DNA of 64,000 nt, taken from the NCBI GenBank assembly GCA_964016885.1, contig OZ024741.1:193874001-193938000 (forward strand), in the 5' to 3' direction. The DNA comes from Eledone cirrhosa. Taxonomy: Eukaryota. Below, piece after piece: positions 13,292 to 26,129 of this stretch (position 1 is its first letter; the number at the start of each line of letters is the position of its first letter). The notes beneath the pieces are model-generated. The model ran no database searches. It was not told the DNA's origin and saw only the letters and a list, made by a program, of their open reading frames with translations. Made by a program: the position numbers and the translations under genes.

Positions 13292-13726
13292 GGTATCAAA
13301 ACATATCAAATATACTTGATATTTGGCTTCTCAATAAAAAAGCTCAATGGACGTTTGTCCAGTGTTAGGATAATTCAAGTTAAAAGATATATGTATATTG
13401 AGAGAGAAAGAAACATATATCCCATGAAAATACACAATATCTTGCATATATACAAACCACATATTTCAAAGAAAATTCCTTATAGAAACGTCTGTTGAGC
13501 TTTTCTATTGAGAAGCACAAATATCAAGCATATTTGATATGTTTTGATATCTTAATTTTGTATATAACAGCTCTGACTAAAATTTTCGCACCTCTTTCTA
13601 GCGGAATAAACGTCCAGTTTTGTTTGTATCTGTTGCGTCGGGTCAAATGCTGCTTTTAGCTTGGAGTTAGTTCGTAGTTTTCCTCCGGATATAAACAGGT
13701 ATATTTCAAATTATACAATTGACGAT

Positions 13727-13845
13727 TTCCTCTGACGATTGACTTGCATCACCTATAAGTTATCGATTGTTTGTGATCGATGATTGATCACATAGATCGA
13801 TTTTAAGTTACGGTACTACAACTCATGAAATAGCGCTATAAGGAA
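13727..13845 (+). ncRNA. Type-I hammerhead ribozyme motif with ~88-nt helix II domain
   Basis: ttcct CTGACGA ttga...tcat GAAA tagcgcta TA aggaa. Helix I ttcct/aggaa; palindromic helix III atagcgctat; internal hairpin tgtgatc/gatcaca. Confidence 0.7.
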
Positions 13846-14057
13846 TGTTTTTGTTTCCATCTATAGTAGATATTTTTCTTCGAAAAATCTTTAAAAAATA
13901 GTCACAAAAATGTAAAATTCCTAACCCCACCCATCTAACTTTTATTATGGCTTTTAAAGAATGGCTCTTTGGATTTGTATGTTTTCAACACCAGAGATTC
14001 AGAATATGTATTTTTTTTAAATTTAACATAAGAATTTTTTAGTTCCGTTTCTCACAA

Positions 14058-14364
14058 TCTATATATCTAAAATAGAGAATGTCTGTATGTCAGTCTGTCT
14101 GACTCCCTAAAACTCGAGAACCACCCAACCGATTGTTTTCAAACTTTACACATGTAATACTTATGGTCCTCTGAGTGTTTTGTGCTAAAAATATTTCAAG
14201 GACCGCATTAGGCGATTTAGCGATCTCTCTCTCTATAATTCTTAGTCTTTCTTTTTAGATAGATACATAGATATAACATCGCGCCCTTATAATATCTGTC
14301 TGTATGTCTGGTGTCTGCATTACGAGATTATGAAGCTGTGTGTGTGTATATATGTATATATATA

Positions 14365-14395
<31 letters not shown>

Positions 14396-14509
14396 GTGTG
14401 TAACGGTTTTCGAAATATTTACTCGTGCGTTCACAGATTGATTTTTTAGTTTCAGAAGATCTCGTTAAGGGTGAAAGCAGTGATTCTTTGCTTAAACTTT
14501 AATCTGTTA

Positions 14510-14564
<55 letters not shown>

Positions 14565-14703
14565 GTGTACAGATATTTTTGCATACACAATAACAAAATA
14601 TAAACAAACGTATTTATTTCATGAGGCTCGATAAGGATAAATATATATCAAATATATAAGAACCCTAGAGCAAATCCCGAACAACGCTGGGCCATTCTGC
14701 TAG
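14058..14703 (+). mobile_element. Non-autonomous Helitron
   Basis: 5' A|TC (tctatatatctaaaatagagaatgtctg); 3' GC-rich hairpin ccc..acaacg.tggg followed by CTAG|T; no TSD. Confidence 0.6.
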
Positions 14704-15139
14704 TCCTTACTATAATGGAGTAATGCGTGATAAATGGCTATATCTATGAAACTGAAACTAAAAACAACTTTTCTGTTCAATTTAAAATTAATAATGAAAT
14801 CTTTGAAATTCTGATTTTGATAAATTCTCAGAAAAATTTTGCTTTTATAATACATCTTAGCGCAGCTATCAATTGTTTCAGGTAAAGACAAATAACTCCT
14901 TTGTTTCTATAATTACTCTTCTCTGTTTTCATCTTCGAATCTATTCACTTCTTTCTAGCTTCTGGTCATCATTACCACAAGCAATGTTTGTGTTTGTGTT
15001 GTTGAATTATTTTTCCGTTGTTGTTGATTTTTTTAATCATAGGTACTATTTTGGGGAGGAATTAAAAATCACATTGTGCTATTGCTATTTTTTTTTATCG
15101 TTGTCCTTATTTGTATTGTTATTGTTAAATGATTCTCAA

Positions 15140-18100
15140 CACTAACGTGACAGAAAAGCCAGGTCATGTCTGTAACAAACACGATTTTTATATATGGATG
15201 TATGAGTTCAACAATGCGCGCGACATCGGTAAAAGCCAACAACATGTCTGTCTTCAATCCTTTCGTCCTCGTCCACTACATATCCCCTTTCACTACGGCC
15301 ACCAGGCAGGGGAAAACTGCCTGTCCTTCCCGTCAAAAGAAGGCGGCCGGGCGATATTCACTATGGATTCGGCCGATAGTCACATCCGTCCAACATGCGA
15401 TAACAGCTGTTCGACATAATTCCATAAGTTAGTAATGCACGGACACTCGACGAGTGCATGCAGAACGGTTTCATCGCTCTGCGCACATCTCCAGCAGGTC
15501 CATTTGACCGTACTTCCGTACCTGTAGAGTTTATCTCGAACTGGCAGATCCCCTCGATAGCACTGTCAAGCGAGGATTTTCTGGAAGTTATCTGTAGCGG
15601 TTGTCTCCCTTGTTTTGATTGGGATCTAGACGGGAAGTGGAACCCTTTCTGCAACTTCCGGTCAGAGCCCTATAAAACTAACAACTTTAAGCTTCCTCTC
15701 TCTCATTGCCTTTTCGGCACCTGGTCAAGAGCTTCTCATTGGGCTCCGCCATTAATTTGGCCAACAGGCGCCTGGCCTTAGCCAGGCGTCCTCTGCCAGC
15801 CGCGTTTGCCTGGCAATCAAAACGGTAACTACTAACTTTGTTTCATTCTAACATCTATCTTTGACATGTCAAGTATTCTATCTACCGTTAATTAAATATT
15901 ATATACACAAACCATGTCTCGTTTTGTTACATTCATACAACCCAGTAATCTCGCTATATTGGTAACCCTAACGTGATACGAACACGCAGCCGTTCATCGC
16001 TATAAGTGGTCACCCCCCCCCCTAAAAAAAAAGAAAAAATAGCACATCTGGTTTTGTGAGTAACATTACGAATACACAGCAAATTTAGCGACAAACTATG
16101 AAAATACTCAAGGACACGCACACACGCACATGTGGAATTCGCACAGACAGACTTTTTCTCTCCCGCATCAATTAACTGTCGCATTTCACCAATATATATA
16201 TATATGTTTCTCGTTTCTTACAACGAACACTTTCAAAACAAACAAAAAAAAAAAACATTTCACGATATATATATGTTTCTCGTTTCTTACAACGAACTCT
16301 TTCAAAACAAAAAAAAAAAAAAAAAAAAGAAATTTGATATTCTTTAAAAAACATTTCAACAGGAACATTTATTTTCGATGAACCATTGCCTTTTTGTTCA
16401 TCGTTTTCTTCATCGTTCAAGTTTTTTGTTTTTTTTTCCAAAGTTCACACCAATAATTATGCTGAGTGAAGCCTTTCTTTTTCATCATTGTCACTTTCAA
16501 CATTGCACTATCATTTTCTCGCGCGTTAGAAATATTTTTTTTTTTCAACCGTGTATTGGCACGTGTAGGCAGCACAAATTCTCGATTCACAGAGATGTCT
16601 CTACTCACAGACAGCCGCACGCCAGAGATATCATTTATCACCAGGGATTCTTCAGCCTTAAGCTATATTCTTCTATTTGCCGGTTTATAAGTTTACAATG
16701 TAAATTTACAGTTGATAACCGCGCATTTATTAAGAATGCTTATTTCTCTGGTCGCTGGCCTCTTGACCCTTCCAGGTCAACGCATTCTCAACATCGACCA
16801 TCAACTTCGGCTGCTATTTCTAGCACTTTGCGCAACTCATTTTTTCTAAAAAAAAATTTTTTTACTGTGAATTTAAACACCGAATACGCTCACTCAGCGA
16901 GACAACACCAGCAGCAACAGCAATACATCAATACAGCTTCACCAAAGCCAGAGAATTCATTTTTGCAGCACTCTTCCTGTGAGAAAATCCATTCGGAGGT
17001 TGGAAATTTCACGATATACCACAGAACAGAAACCACCTGCATTCATTCTCTGGAACACACTTTCTTTCCTGCTGTCATGTGATTGCACACCTCTGAACTA
17101 TATTTTGAACTTTGAGCTCTTCTATTACTTTTACTTTATTACATTGTATCTTTGGGTGATGGATAGATGGATGTCCAGTCGTTCTCTGGCCAAGAGCGGT
17201 TGGCTACCTTGATATCTATCATTGATTTTTCCAAACATTCTTTTGTCGTAATTTTCATGCCTGTTACAACATTCTCGCCAACTTGCTACATATTTTCATT
17301 TCGATTTTTATACACTAAAATTCTGGCGGGAGGTTATGTAGCGGTTGTCTCCCTTGTTTTGATTGGGATCTAGACGGGAAGTGGAACCCTTTCTGCAACT
17401 TCCGGTCAGAGCCCTATAAAACTAACAACTTTAAGCTTCCTCTCTCTCATTGCCTTTTCGGCACCTGGTCAAGAGCTTCTCATTGGGCTCCGCCATTAAT
17501 TTGGCCAACAGGCGCCTGGCCTTAGCCAGGCGTCCTCTGCCAGCCGCGTTTGCCTGGCAATCAAAACGGTAACTACTAACTTTGTTTCATTCTAACATCT
17601 ATCTTTGACATGTCAAGTATTCTATCTACCGTTAATTAAATATTATATACACAAACCATGTCTCGTTTTGTTACATTCATACAACCCAGTAATCTCGCTA
17701 TATTCCGTACCTGTAGAGTTTATCTCGAACTGGCAGATCCCCTCGATAGCACTGTCAAGCGAGGATTTTCTGGAAGTTATCCATAGTTCCCGACTCGAGC
17801 GTCCTCCGGAACTGACTGGTCAGTTCGATTTCGTCGACGTTCAGAGCCTCACCATGAGCGTCATCGCACATGCCATCTACTAATCTATAGAATTTCCACT
17901 GACCGCATTGTCCGCCTGGTAGAGGGCAGTGAGCGCCTGGCGTCCAGTCTCAGCTTATTCCTGACCCAGGACTGCAGCTCAGTCAAAGAGACGAGCTGCA
18001 GAAATGTCTGTCTCACAAACGGCAACCACACCTGTTCACTGTTTAAAAATATCTGAAGATGCCGCATGTTTGTGCATCATCCGTCATGGTATGCCCTGCC

Positions 18101-20690
18101 CTCCGCATAGAAAGTGCTGGAAGCAGATGGACCACTTCACCAATAGAACATGTCCCCTCCACAAGAAGTTGAAGAGCAGAATTCCAAATTTGGTGAGGGG
18201 AAAACGGGGGCAAGGCACGATGGTCAGGTGGTAGTAGACGCCCAATGCGATGTACGCGTTCATGACCTTCACCCGACGTTTCAAGGATAGCTTCCTTTCG
18301 GCCCATTTCTGGGCATGAATGGCCACCCTGTCCGTTACCTCGTCCCTGTTTTTACCTCCAAGTGGAGGTCTGATCGGAATCAGACCCCTAGCAACTTCAC
18401 CGGTCCGTCTATCCAGCGTCCGACGATGCTGTTGAACGGCAGGGATTTGCCTCTCCAGGTACCAAGCTGCAAACCCACCGACTTTTCCTGATTCAGTTTT
18501 GCTCCCGTCAACCTTTCATATCCTTCTAAGACGGTGCCGACCACCTCAATTTCCGAGGTGTTCGACACATCACTGTGATGTCCGCATATGCTGAAACAGC
18601 CTTTCCACGTACCGATTCGAGCGGGATGCCCTACAATAGCTCCAGCTTCCGCAGTAAAAGCTCGAGAATCAATACGTACAGAAAGGAGGGATAGGGTACC
18701 TATGACAGACCAATCGCGTGATCTGAAACGGTTCTGAAACGTAACTTTGACCATGAAGCTGTGCATTGCAGCGATCCAGCTTCTGAAGACGGAACCGAAG
18801 CTAGTTGCCTTGAGGTCGTCCTCCAAGTATCGAGGCCGACCCTATCAAAAGCTTTCGGTTGATCTAAATTGATCGTAGCCCCAGTTAAGCCATATTTACA
18901 TCCTACCCTCTCTATGAGGTGGAGGCTGTCGTGTATGGACCTGGTCGGGATTGCGCAAGTTTGTGCCTCCCCTACCAAATCCTCGACGACAAGCGCCAAC
19001 CTCTTCGCTAACACCTTGGCCAAAATCCTAAATTCTGTGTTTAGCAGAGTTATGGGCCAGAAATTGTCTAACCTATCCCTCTTTGTCTCTTGTTCTCTCA
19101 GCAGCATTACTACACCTCGTCTCACAGAACTGGGAATACTCCCGTTCTGCTGCCAGTTGCAGTAGACCGTTTCTAGGGGATCGAAGAACAAGTTTGGCAT
19201 ATCTACTTAAAATTCATAGAGCAGACCATCCAAACTGGGTGGCTTGCGCCTCGTGCAACCGACCAGGGCATCCCAAATATTGGCTGATATTATCGGACTT
19301 TCGATGCTCTCAGTATCTGTTGGGGAGAGTCGTGGGAGCCTTAACTCTGATAATGCTACCTTCGAGTTTCTCATTTAAGAAATAGTTTAATGCCATTCTC
19401 GCCGCTAGCACGTTAGTTGCAAAGCCACTTCTAATCGCCTCATTTAATTTAGCTACCAGCTCCCTCTCCTTTCTATTTTTTTCTAACGCTACTTATTTAC
19501 TAAAACCTATTGAAACTACTCTAATCTCTCTGTTGAGAGCACCCCATCAACTGTTGTTGACGATTCCCCCTGTCAACTTACACTTAACTAAAGTGGTGAT
19601 CCAATCTCTGTAAACCCTACGCACCGGGAATGATGTGTTGAACTTCCAATAACCAGATCCTAGTTTATAAGTTCTATCTAGGTCTGCCATGCAGATCAAA
19701 AATTTGTAATCTGAATAGGTAACTGTTCGGAAATGTAGACAACCTATACTGTCTTTATCTACTCACTCAATAAAAAAAACTTATCTATATGCGACCTAGA
19801 TGACCCTATGCGGTTGGTGTTGTTGTAGATGTGTCTATGTTTGTTGTGTCCGTGGTGTTTGGGGATTTTTTTTCTGTCTCTGTGCTTTTGTTTTTTAGGA
19901 CGTTGTGGTAGACCCTCGTCTTCGTTACGAGAAAACGAGGTTTCTGTGTCTGATTGTATATTTGAGTTTATGTGTGTATTTGTTTGGGGCGAGGGAAAGG
20001 GAGTGGGAGAGCTTTCCTCATCTTTCTCTTGAGTGAATTCTATCTTGGTTGTAGATGTTGATGGTGGTACAGCTGTTGTTTCCACTGTTGCCGCTGCCGG
20101 TGCTGGTGCTGGCAGCAACGGAGGTTTGCGGCCCCTTGCATTTTTTAGCTGAGGGCAGCAGAAGGCTCGCAAATGTGTTGCTTCGTCGCAGACGGAGCAG
20201 TGTGGCCTCTGCCCTCAGTGATTACCTGTATTGCAGACCTATCCTGCAGGCGGACATGATCTGGGATGATCTTCAGCTGATCCGGCTTGATTTAAAGAAG
20301 AATCTCCAAATCCACCCCAGACTGGTCCTCTCTCGCTGTTTTAGTGACGTCGATCACGCAATTTCCACTCTTGGACCAAACGTTCCGTGGTGGTGGTAGC
20401 AGTGGTAGTGGTGGTGGTGGTGGTGGTGGTGGTGGTGGTGGTAGTAGTAGGGGTGTTGCCAGTGTTGTTGTCCGCGCCTACCGTCGTTGTGGTGAGGGCG
20501 GCGGCATTCACAGAGGTAAACATTGGCAGAGCCGAAAAGTTCGCTTCGTTTGTATGAGATAAGTTTTGGTTGTTGCTGGTGTCATTGCTTTCAGAATTTT
20601 GGCTGTTCCCTTCTATAGAGAACCATTTCGAGCGATCCAAACCACATCTTGAAAGACTGAAGAACAAAGATATTAATAATAATTAGACCA
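15140..20690 (-). mobile_element. Degraded L1/Tx1-clade LINE (ORF1 remnant, APE end, RT, zf-RVT), interrupted by an LTR element
   Basis: YWKFN (~19650), WPITLLNTEFRILAKVLA, LDQPKAFDRV, VKLLGV; homologous to copies at 29-32.8 kb and 62.7-64 kb. Confidence 0.85.
15593..17702 (+). mobile_element. Non-autonomous LTR retroelement with 366-bp near-identical LTRs
   Basis: LTRs 15593-15958 and 17337-17702 (TGTAGCG...CGCTATA). PBS-like tggtaaccctaacgtgat at 15960 resembles the tRNA-Trp PBS TGGTGACCCCGACGTGAT. Purine tract ggcgggagg before the 3' LTR. No gag/pol. Confidence 0.9.
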
Positions 20691-20789
20691 CCCGTAACCC
20701 GTTGGGTCACGTTCACTTAAAAATACTTTTTATAAATCATGTTCACTTAAAATTAATTTTTAAATTAAAAAAATTCACAGACATCTATA

Positions 20790-21600
20790 TAATTTAAAAT
20801 GAAATTGGAAGGCCCCTCTCTTAGATAGACACTTCCCCATAGGTTACAAATACCGCTCCATCTTTAACTGACACAGGGTGAAACTAGTATACTCCTGTCC
20901 TAAGAATATGAAGGCCCACATCATCAACAGCCCTAAGAGCAACACCCCACCAGGATGCTCTTGTTGAAAGCCTGAAGCTTATCCCCTTCAACAACAATGC
21001 AACACGCCCGCTGTAATTTACGAAGCTGTGGTCACTTCTAACCGACCATTCAACAACAAGAGGTTAAATCCTGCGTAGGTATGGCGGAGGGCCGGTTGAA
21101 GGAATGTTTCCTGAATCATCAGTCGACCTTCAGATACCCGGACAAACGATCGTTCACGAAGCTCTCGAACCACGTATGGTCCCTCAAGGACACAGGCGTA
21201 GATGACTCCATCCAAAGGAAAGCTATTACTGAGTCTAAGCCATACGCAAATAGGAATCCGTCTTGTGGGCTGTGAATTGCAGAAATGATCAATATCCTGG
21301 GAAGATTATGTAATAGCGCTTGTCTAAATTCAAGGAATGAACTTTTTTCACGCTGTCCACACGTCTGGAAACAGCTATTAAATAATTACAAAGGTCTAGA
21401 TTTATTTCGAGCATCCACAACTATCTCCCTTGCATCGATCTATTGTGGGTTTACCGCCCTCGGGAGAAGTGACTGTTTCTGAATATGTGTATTCCTCTAG
21501 TTGTTTTTCCTTTTCCGTACAACTTCATTTAGACCGAGTTGATGATCCGAATCAGGTGAAACAATTAGTCTCAGTATGGTGAACTAACTGTTGTGGAGCT
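20790..21600 (+). mobile_element. 5'-truncated PLE (GIY-YIG end) with degenerate HHR
   Basis: CSC..PLQQQC..VIYEA, FLNHQSTFR, LSNHVWSLK, LNSRNELFSRCPH. Motif ttgatga tcc..ggt gaaac aatta gtc at ~21539-21571. Confidence 0.75.
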
Positions 21601-21603
21601 ACT

Positions 21604-21694
<91 letters not shown>

Positions 21695-21696
21695 CG

Positions 21697-21774
21697 GGTC
21701 ACTCTTGAATGCTACTGGTAACATGTAACCCAGTACAACCTGTCGCATGGTCGGGTCGTCGGCGACTAAACCGG
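21697..21774 (+). ncRNA. Possible degenerate HDV-like ribozyme at the 5' end of a retroelement fragment
   Basis: P1 ggtcac/atggtc, P2 ccagt/accgg, CC in L3 with GG after P1, P4 gtcg-tcgg-cga, then C-TAA; several mismatches. Confidence 0.35.
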
Positions 21775-22408
21775 CAACCCCACCAAGTCTACTTGATGAG
21801 GAGCGTGATTTTGGACACCCTGCAGGACAAAAAACAAAACCTGACAAAGGGTGGAAGAACTCATAAGAGTCAACGGCCATCCGAAAGTGTGTAACTATGT
21901 ATATACACATGTACCGCGCGGTTAAACCACTGGGAGTGAAGAACCCCTAGCCTTTGTCAGGGCATTCTTCTAGGAGAAGGCAACTCAGGAAACTGGGATA
22001 ACTCCGATATAAAACCTGCGGCTCAGTAGTTACCGATGATGTTGATTTTTTTCTTCTTTTCGGGTTATAGCTACTGTCGCTCAGAGAGTGGGATTGGCTT
22101 GGTGCACAGTCTTTGCTCACTTTAAAAAATATCTTCACGCACAGGTATAATAATTATTAATAATGGTATATCATGCAATGGCCATACTCGATAACGAGGG
22201 GGCAGCCATCATCATGTATGTATGTATGTATGTATGTATGTATGTATGTATGTATGTGTGACGGGGTCTACGACCTATATACACTGGTTACAGTCACACA
22301 CACACATACACACATACACACACATAAGTCACTTGTTACAATTTCATTCAACAACACAACCAGCTCATTCTCTCTTCCATGTTCCTTCTCTGTCTTTTTC
22401 TCTCCCCC

Positions 22409-22468
<60 letters not shown>

Positions 22469-22469
22469 A

Positions 22470-22576
<107 letters not shown>

Positions 22577-22984
22577 GTGCGTGTGTGCGTGTGTGTGTGT
22601 GTGTCTTTCAATCTACTCTCTCACAGCCACTATCTGTTTATCTCTATCTTTCTCCCTCTCTCTATTTAGGAAGGTACTCGTGCTCCGATTTACGCGAAAC
22701 TTATTTTATTCCATTTGTATTCCAATTTCAGGGTCAACTTCCTTTCACAGTATTTCCCCATCATGCGCCGTTTTGGCTGTATTAAATTACAGACAAGCAC
22801 ACAATCACAGAGTTTTAGTATTATATAGATAGGTAACTACATCAGGCATAGAGTAGACCACACAGCAGAAAGTGATAAATGTAGAATTTGTAACATCAAT
22901 GGAGAAACTGTATGGCATATTACCAGTCAATGTACACCACTAGCTCAGGAAGAATATAAGAAACATCACAACAACATAACAAGG

Positions 22985-25650
22985 AAAGTCCATTAGGCAC
23001 TTTGTGGATAATATGCACTTGACAGAGCAGAAAAGTTATACGAACATAACACTGAGGGCCTTATTGAAAATGATAATGCAAAGATCCTGTGGGACTTTGT
23101 GACACATGAGATTGAGAATAGGAGACCAGATACCGTATTAATTGAGAAAGAAAGCAAACTGTGTTGGATCATAGATATAACCTGACCAGCTGATAACATG
23201 GTATGCAATAAAGAAGGACAAACATTGATAGATATAACAGGTTAGCTTGGAAGGTTAGGCAGTAGTGGTCACTGAAAAAGGTGGGGATAATACCAATAAT
23301 AGTTGGAGCCTTATGAACACTTACAAAAAAACAGCTTTGCTCGAATTCCCCAGAGGGTACGCGAAAAATAAGGGTGCAACCTCAGTCCACTGGTAGTGAA
23401 CAGCTAATACTGTAATACATCTCCAGCGTTAGAAGCTGAGCGAAGAAACAACAATAACAACAATAATAACAGCAACAACAATAATAATATTAATGACACA
23501 GCAAAGAATAAAGTGATTGACATCAACACTTTAGCAGTCCTAGTAATGAGCTACAGCTTTAACATTTTGAACTGGACACTAAATAAGGACCGCATTTAGA
23601 ATAAACCATCCAAAATCAGACGTAGAAAGATTATTCCTACACAATGCAACTAGAAAACTCTTATAAAATTACTACTGTAGAACGACAAAAATACATAATA
23701 AAAACAAAGGAAAGGTAATACAAATAGCCACGAAACGTGAACAAAATAAAAAAAAATCTGTTCTCGGTCTTCAAGGAAGCCAAAAAATTCAAATCCGAAA
23801 CTGGGCTAACAGATAATCGTGAGGAAAAAGAAAACAAGGAAAAAACAATAGAAATTGTGAAAGACATAAAATCTAAATTGAAAACTGACATTCCAAATGC
23901 CATGTTAAAATGATGGCAAGAGAAATCCTTATATGGTTAATACCCAAAAAGCTAAATAGAAAGGAAGTAGACAAAGAAAACACACACAACTGGCTCTGAA
24001 GCACTGTACTAAAAGCTGAGACGGGAGGATTTTTAATTGCAGCGCAGGACCAGAGTCTACCTACCAGTAACTACCAGAAGTACATAATGAAACAAAGCAC
24101 TATAAGCAACTGTAGAATATGTGGAGATAGGGAAGAAACAATCAACCACATTGTCTCTGGATGTCCAGCTCTAGCCAAAAAAGAATATATCCACAGGCAT
24201 GATAGAGTTGAGACCTTCATTCACTGGAAATTATGCCAGCATTATGAAATACCAACAGGAAAAAGATGGTACAAACACACACGAGAAAATATGTCAGAGA
24301 ATGACAAACCATTCTCTGGGGTATGCCAATACATACAGACTGAGAGATCAAAGCCAACCGACCAGATATTATAGTCAAAGACAACAAAAAAAAAAAAACC
24401 TCCTAATAGATGATGTATCTATTCCCACAGACAACAATATATCTTCCAAGGAAATAGAGAAACTCTCCAAATATAAAGATCTAGAGATAGAAATAACTCG
24501 AATGTGGAAAATGAAAACAGAAAAATTACCTATAATAATAGGTACTCTGGGAATGATAAAAAAAAACACTCACAGGCAAATACAAAAGATAGCACTACTA
24601 GGCACTGCATAGATATTAGGAAAAGTACTATCAGCGAAGACTACACTGCTCATACCCAAGCCGCACAGTAATGATGGTCAAGTACAGAGATCCGTAAGTT
24701 CGATACGAAAATTAGAAAATTAGAAAATTCTTAACCATGCACAGAATGCATCACCCTAAGGCAGGTACAGATAGAATATATCTCCCGAGGAAAGAAGGAG
24801 GACGTGAATTAATCCAGTTAGATGTTTCTTTGAAAACTGCAACAATTGGATTATCTACATGTCTACGGAAATCATGATTGGATAATTATCCAACCATGAT
24901 TATAATCAAACTCGTTTTGAAATATGAAAGCAACAAAAGATCATACTCCATTACAAAAGATGCACATAGATACAGTAATGAACTACAAATTTCAAAAGTT
25001 CCCTTCACTGCTGACATGAAAAACACAGAAAAAGCAAAGCAGGTAAAAGTAACTGCAAAGAAAGAACTGCTACAGAAACTGGCTAAGATACTTGAAGATA
25101 CCCTCCATACTAAGATACCCTCCATACTTGAAAAAGGTCACATCACAATTTTGTGGAACTTTAGCATCCAAACAGACCGAAAAATAGATGTAAATAGACT
25201 TGATATAATCTGAAGGACTTTTAAAAGAGTTTATGCCTGCTGAGTGACATGGCCGTTCCAATAGACAAGAATGTATCTATAAAAACATTTGAAAAATTGA
25301 GCAAATATAACGACCTGGAGATAGAAATTGGAAAAATGTGGAAATTGAGAACTAAAACAATACCAGTGGTTGTAGGCGCTCTAGGAATGATACCTAAGGG
25401 GGCCTAATGATTACTTATCCCAAATCCCAGGGAACCCGCGTATAGAAGAAATACAAAAGATAGTACTAATGAGAACTGCCCATATACTAAGAAAGATTGT
25501 GTCAATATAGGTATATTACAAGTGTAAACACCTAAAAATACATGTGTGTGTGTTTTTTTCTTAGACATGGCGGACATTGTTGTCTCTTGAGGTCACTGGT
25601 TGTAACCTGGTGATAACTCGTATGAACATAAAGCAAGATAAATGAAAACA
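22985..25650 (+). mobile_element. Three tandem 3' fragments of Dong/R4-clade (RLE endonuclease) LINEs
   Basis: CRIC..EETINHIVSGC zinc knuckle, HRHD, RPD-type motif, EKLSKYKDL, PIIIGTLG. Similar RLE ends at ~23070-23310, 24110-24610 and 25140-25500; (TAA/CAA)n between the first two. Confidence 0.8.
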
Positions 25651-26129
25651 TAATAATTATCAAAGAGTCGAAGGAAGAGTTATAAACATATATAAGGAGG
25701 AGTGTTTTATTGTTAAAAGTTCAGTTCTCAAAGTCACTGACGAGTTTACAATGTCACAACTGAACATGATACTTGGTCAATTAAAAATAAAAAAAGAATA
25801 AATAAACTGTTCAGAACGTTTCTAAAATAATTCTGTTAAATTTCTCTTTAATTCTCGCCAAGACAGCCATTGGGAACCAATTTAAGCTGGAAAAAAAAAT
25901 GAAAACAATCTTAAATTTAACAGAAAAAGAGTCGTATTCAAAGGAGACCACTCGCGTAAAAAGAAAAAAACACATGAATTAACGATATGTGTGTTCCTGT
26001 TAACATGTCTGATACATGGAGCATATAATAGGTAACTAGAAATAAATATGCGATGTGAGAGACAAACAGATTTAATAAATAGATATACAGATAGATAGAT
26101 AGATAGATATAATAGATATAATAGATATA

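Noticed and set aside
16378-17082. 234-aa ORF inside the LTR element
   Set aside because: No gag/pol motifs; composition suggests a chance ORF
21264-21281. TGA at the second Cys of CxLC, suggesting a selenocysteine-encoding Naiad
   Set aside because: The copy has other stops and frameshifts, the intact-looking copy uses Cys codons, and no SECIS was recognised
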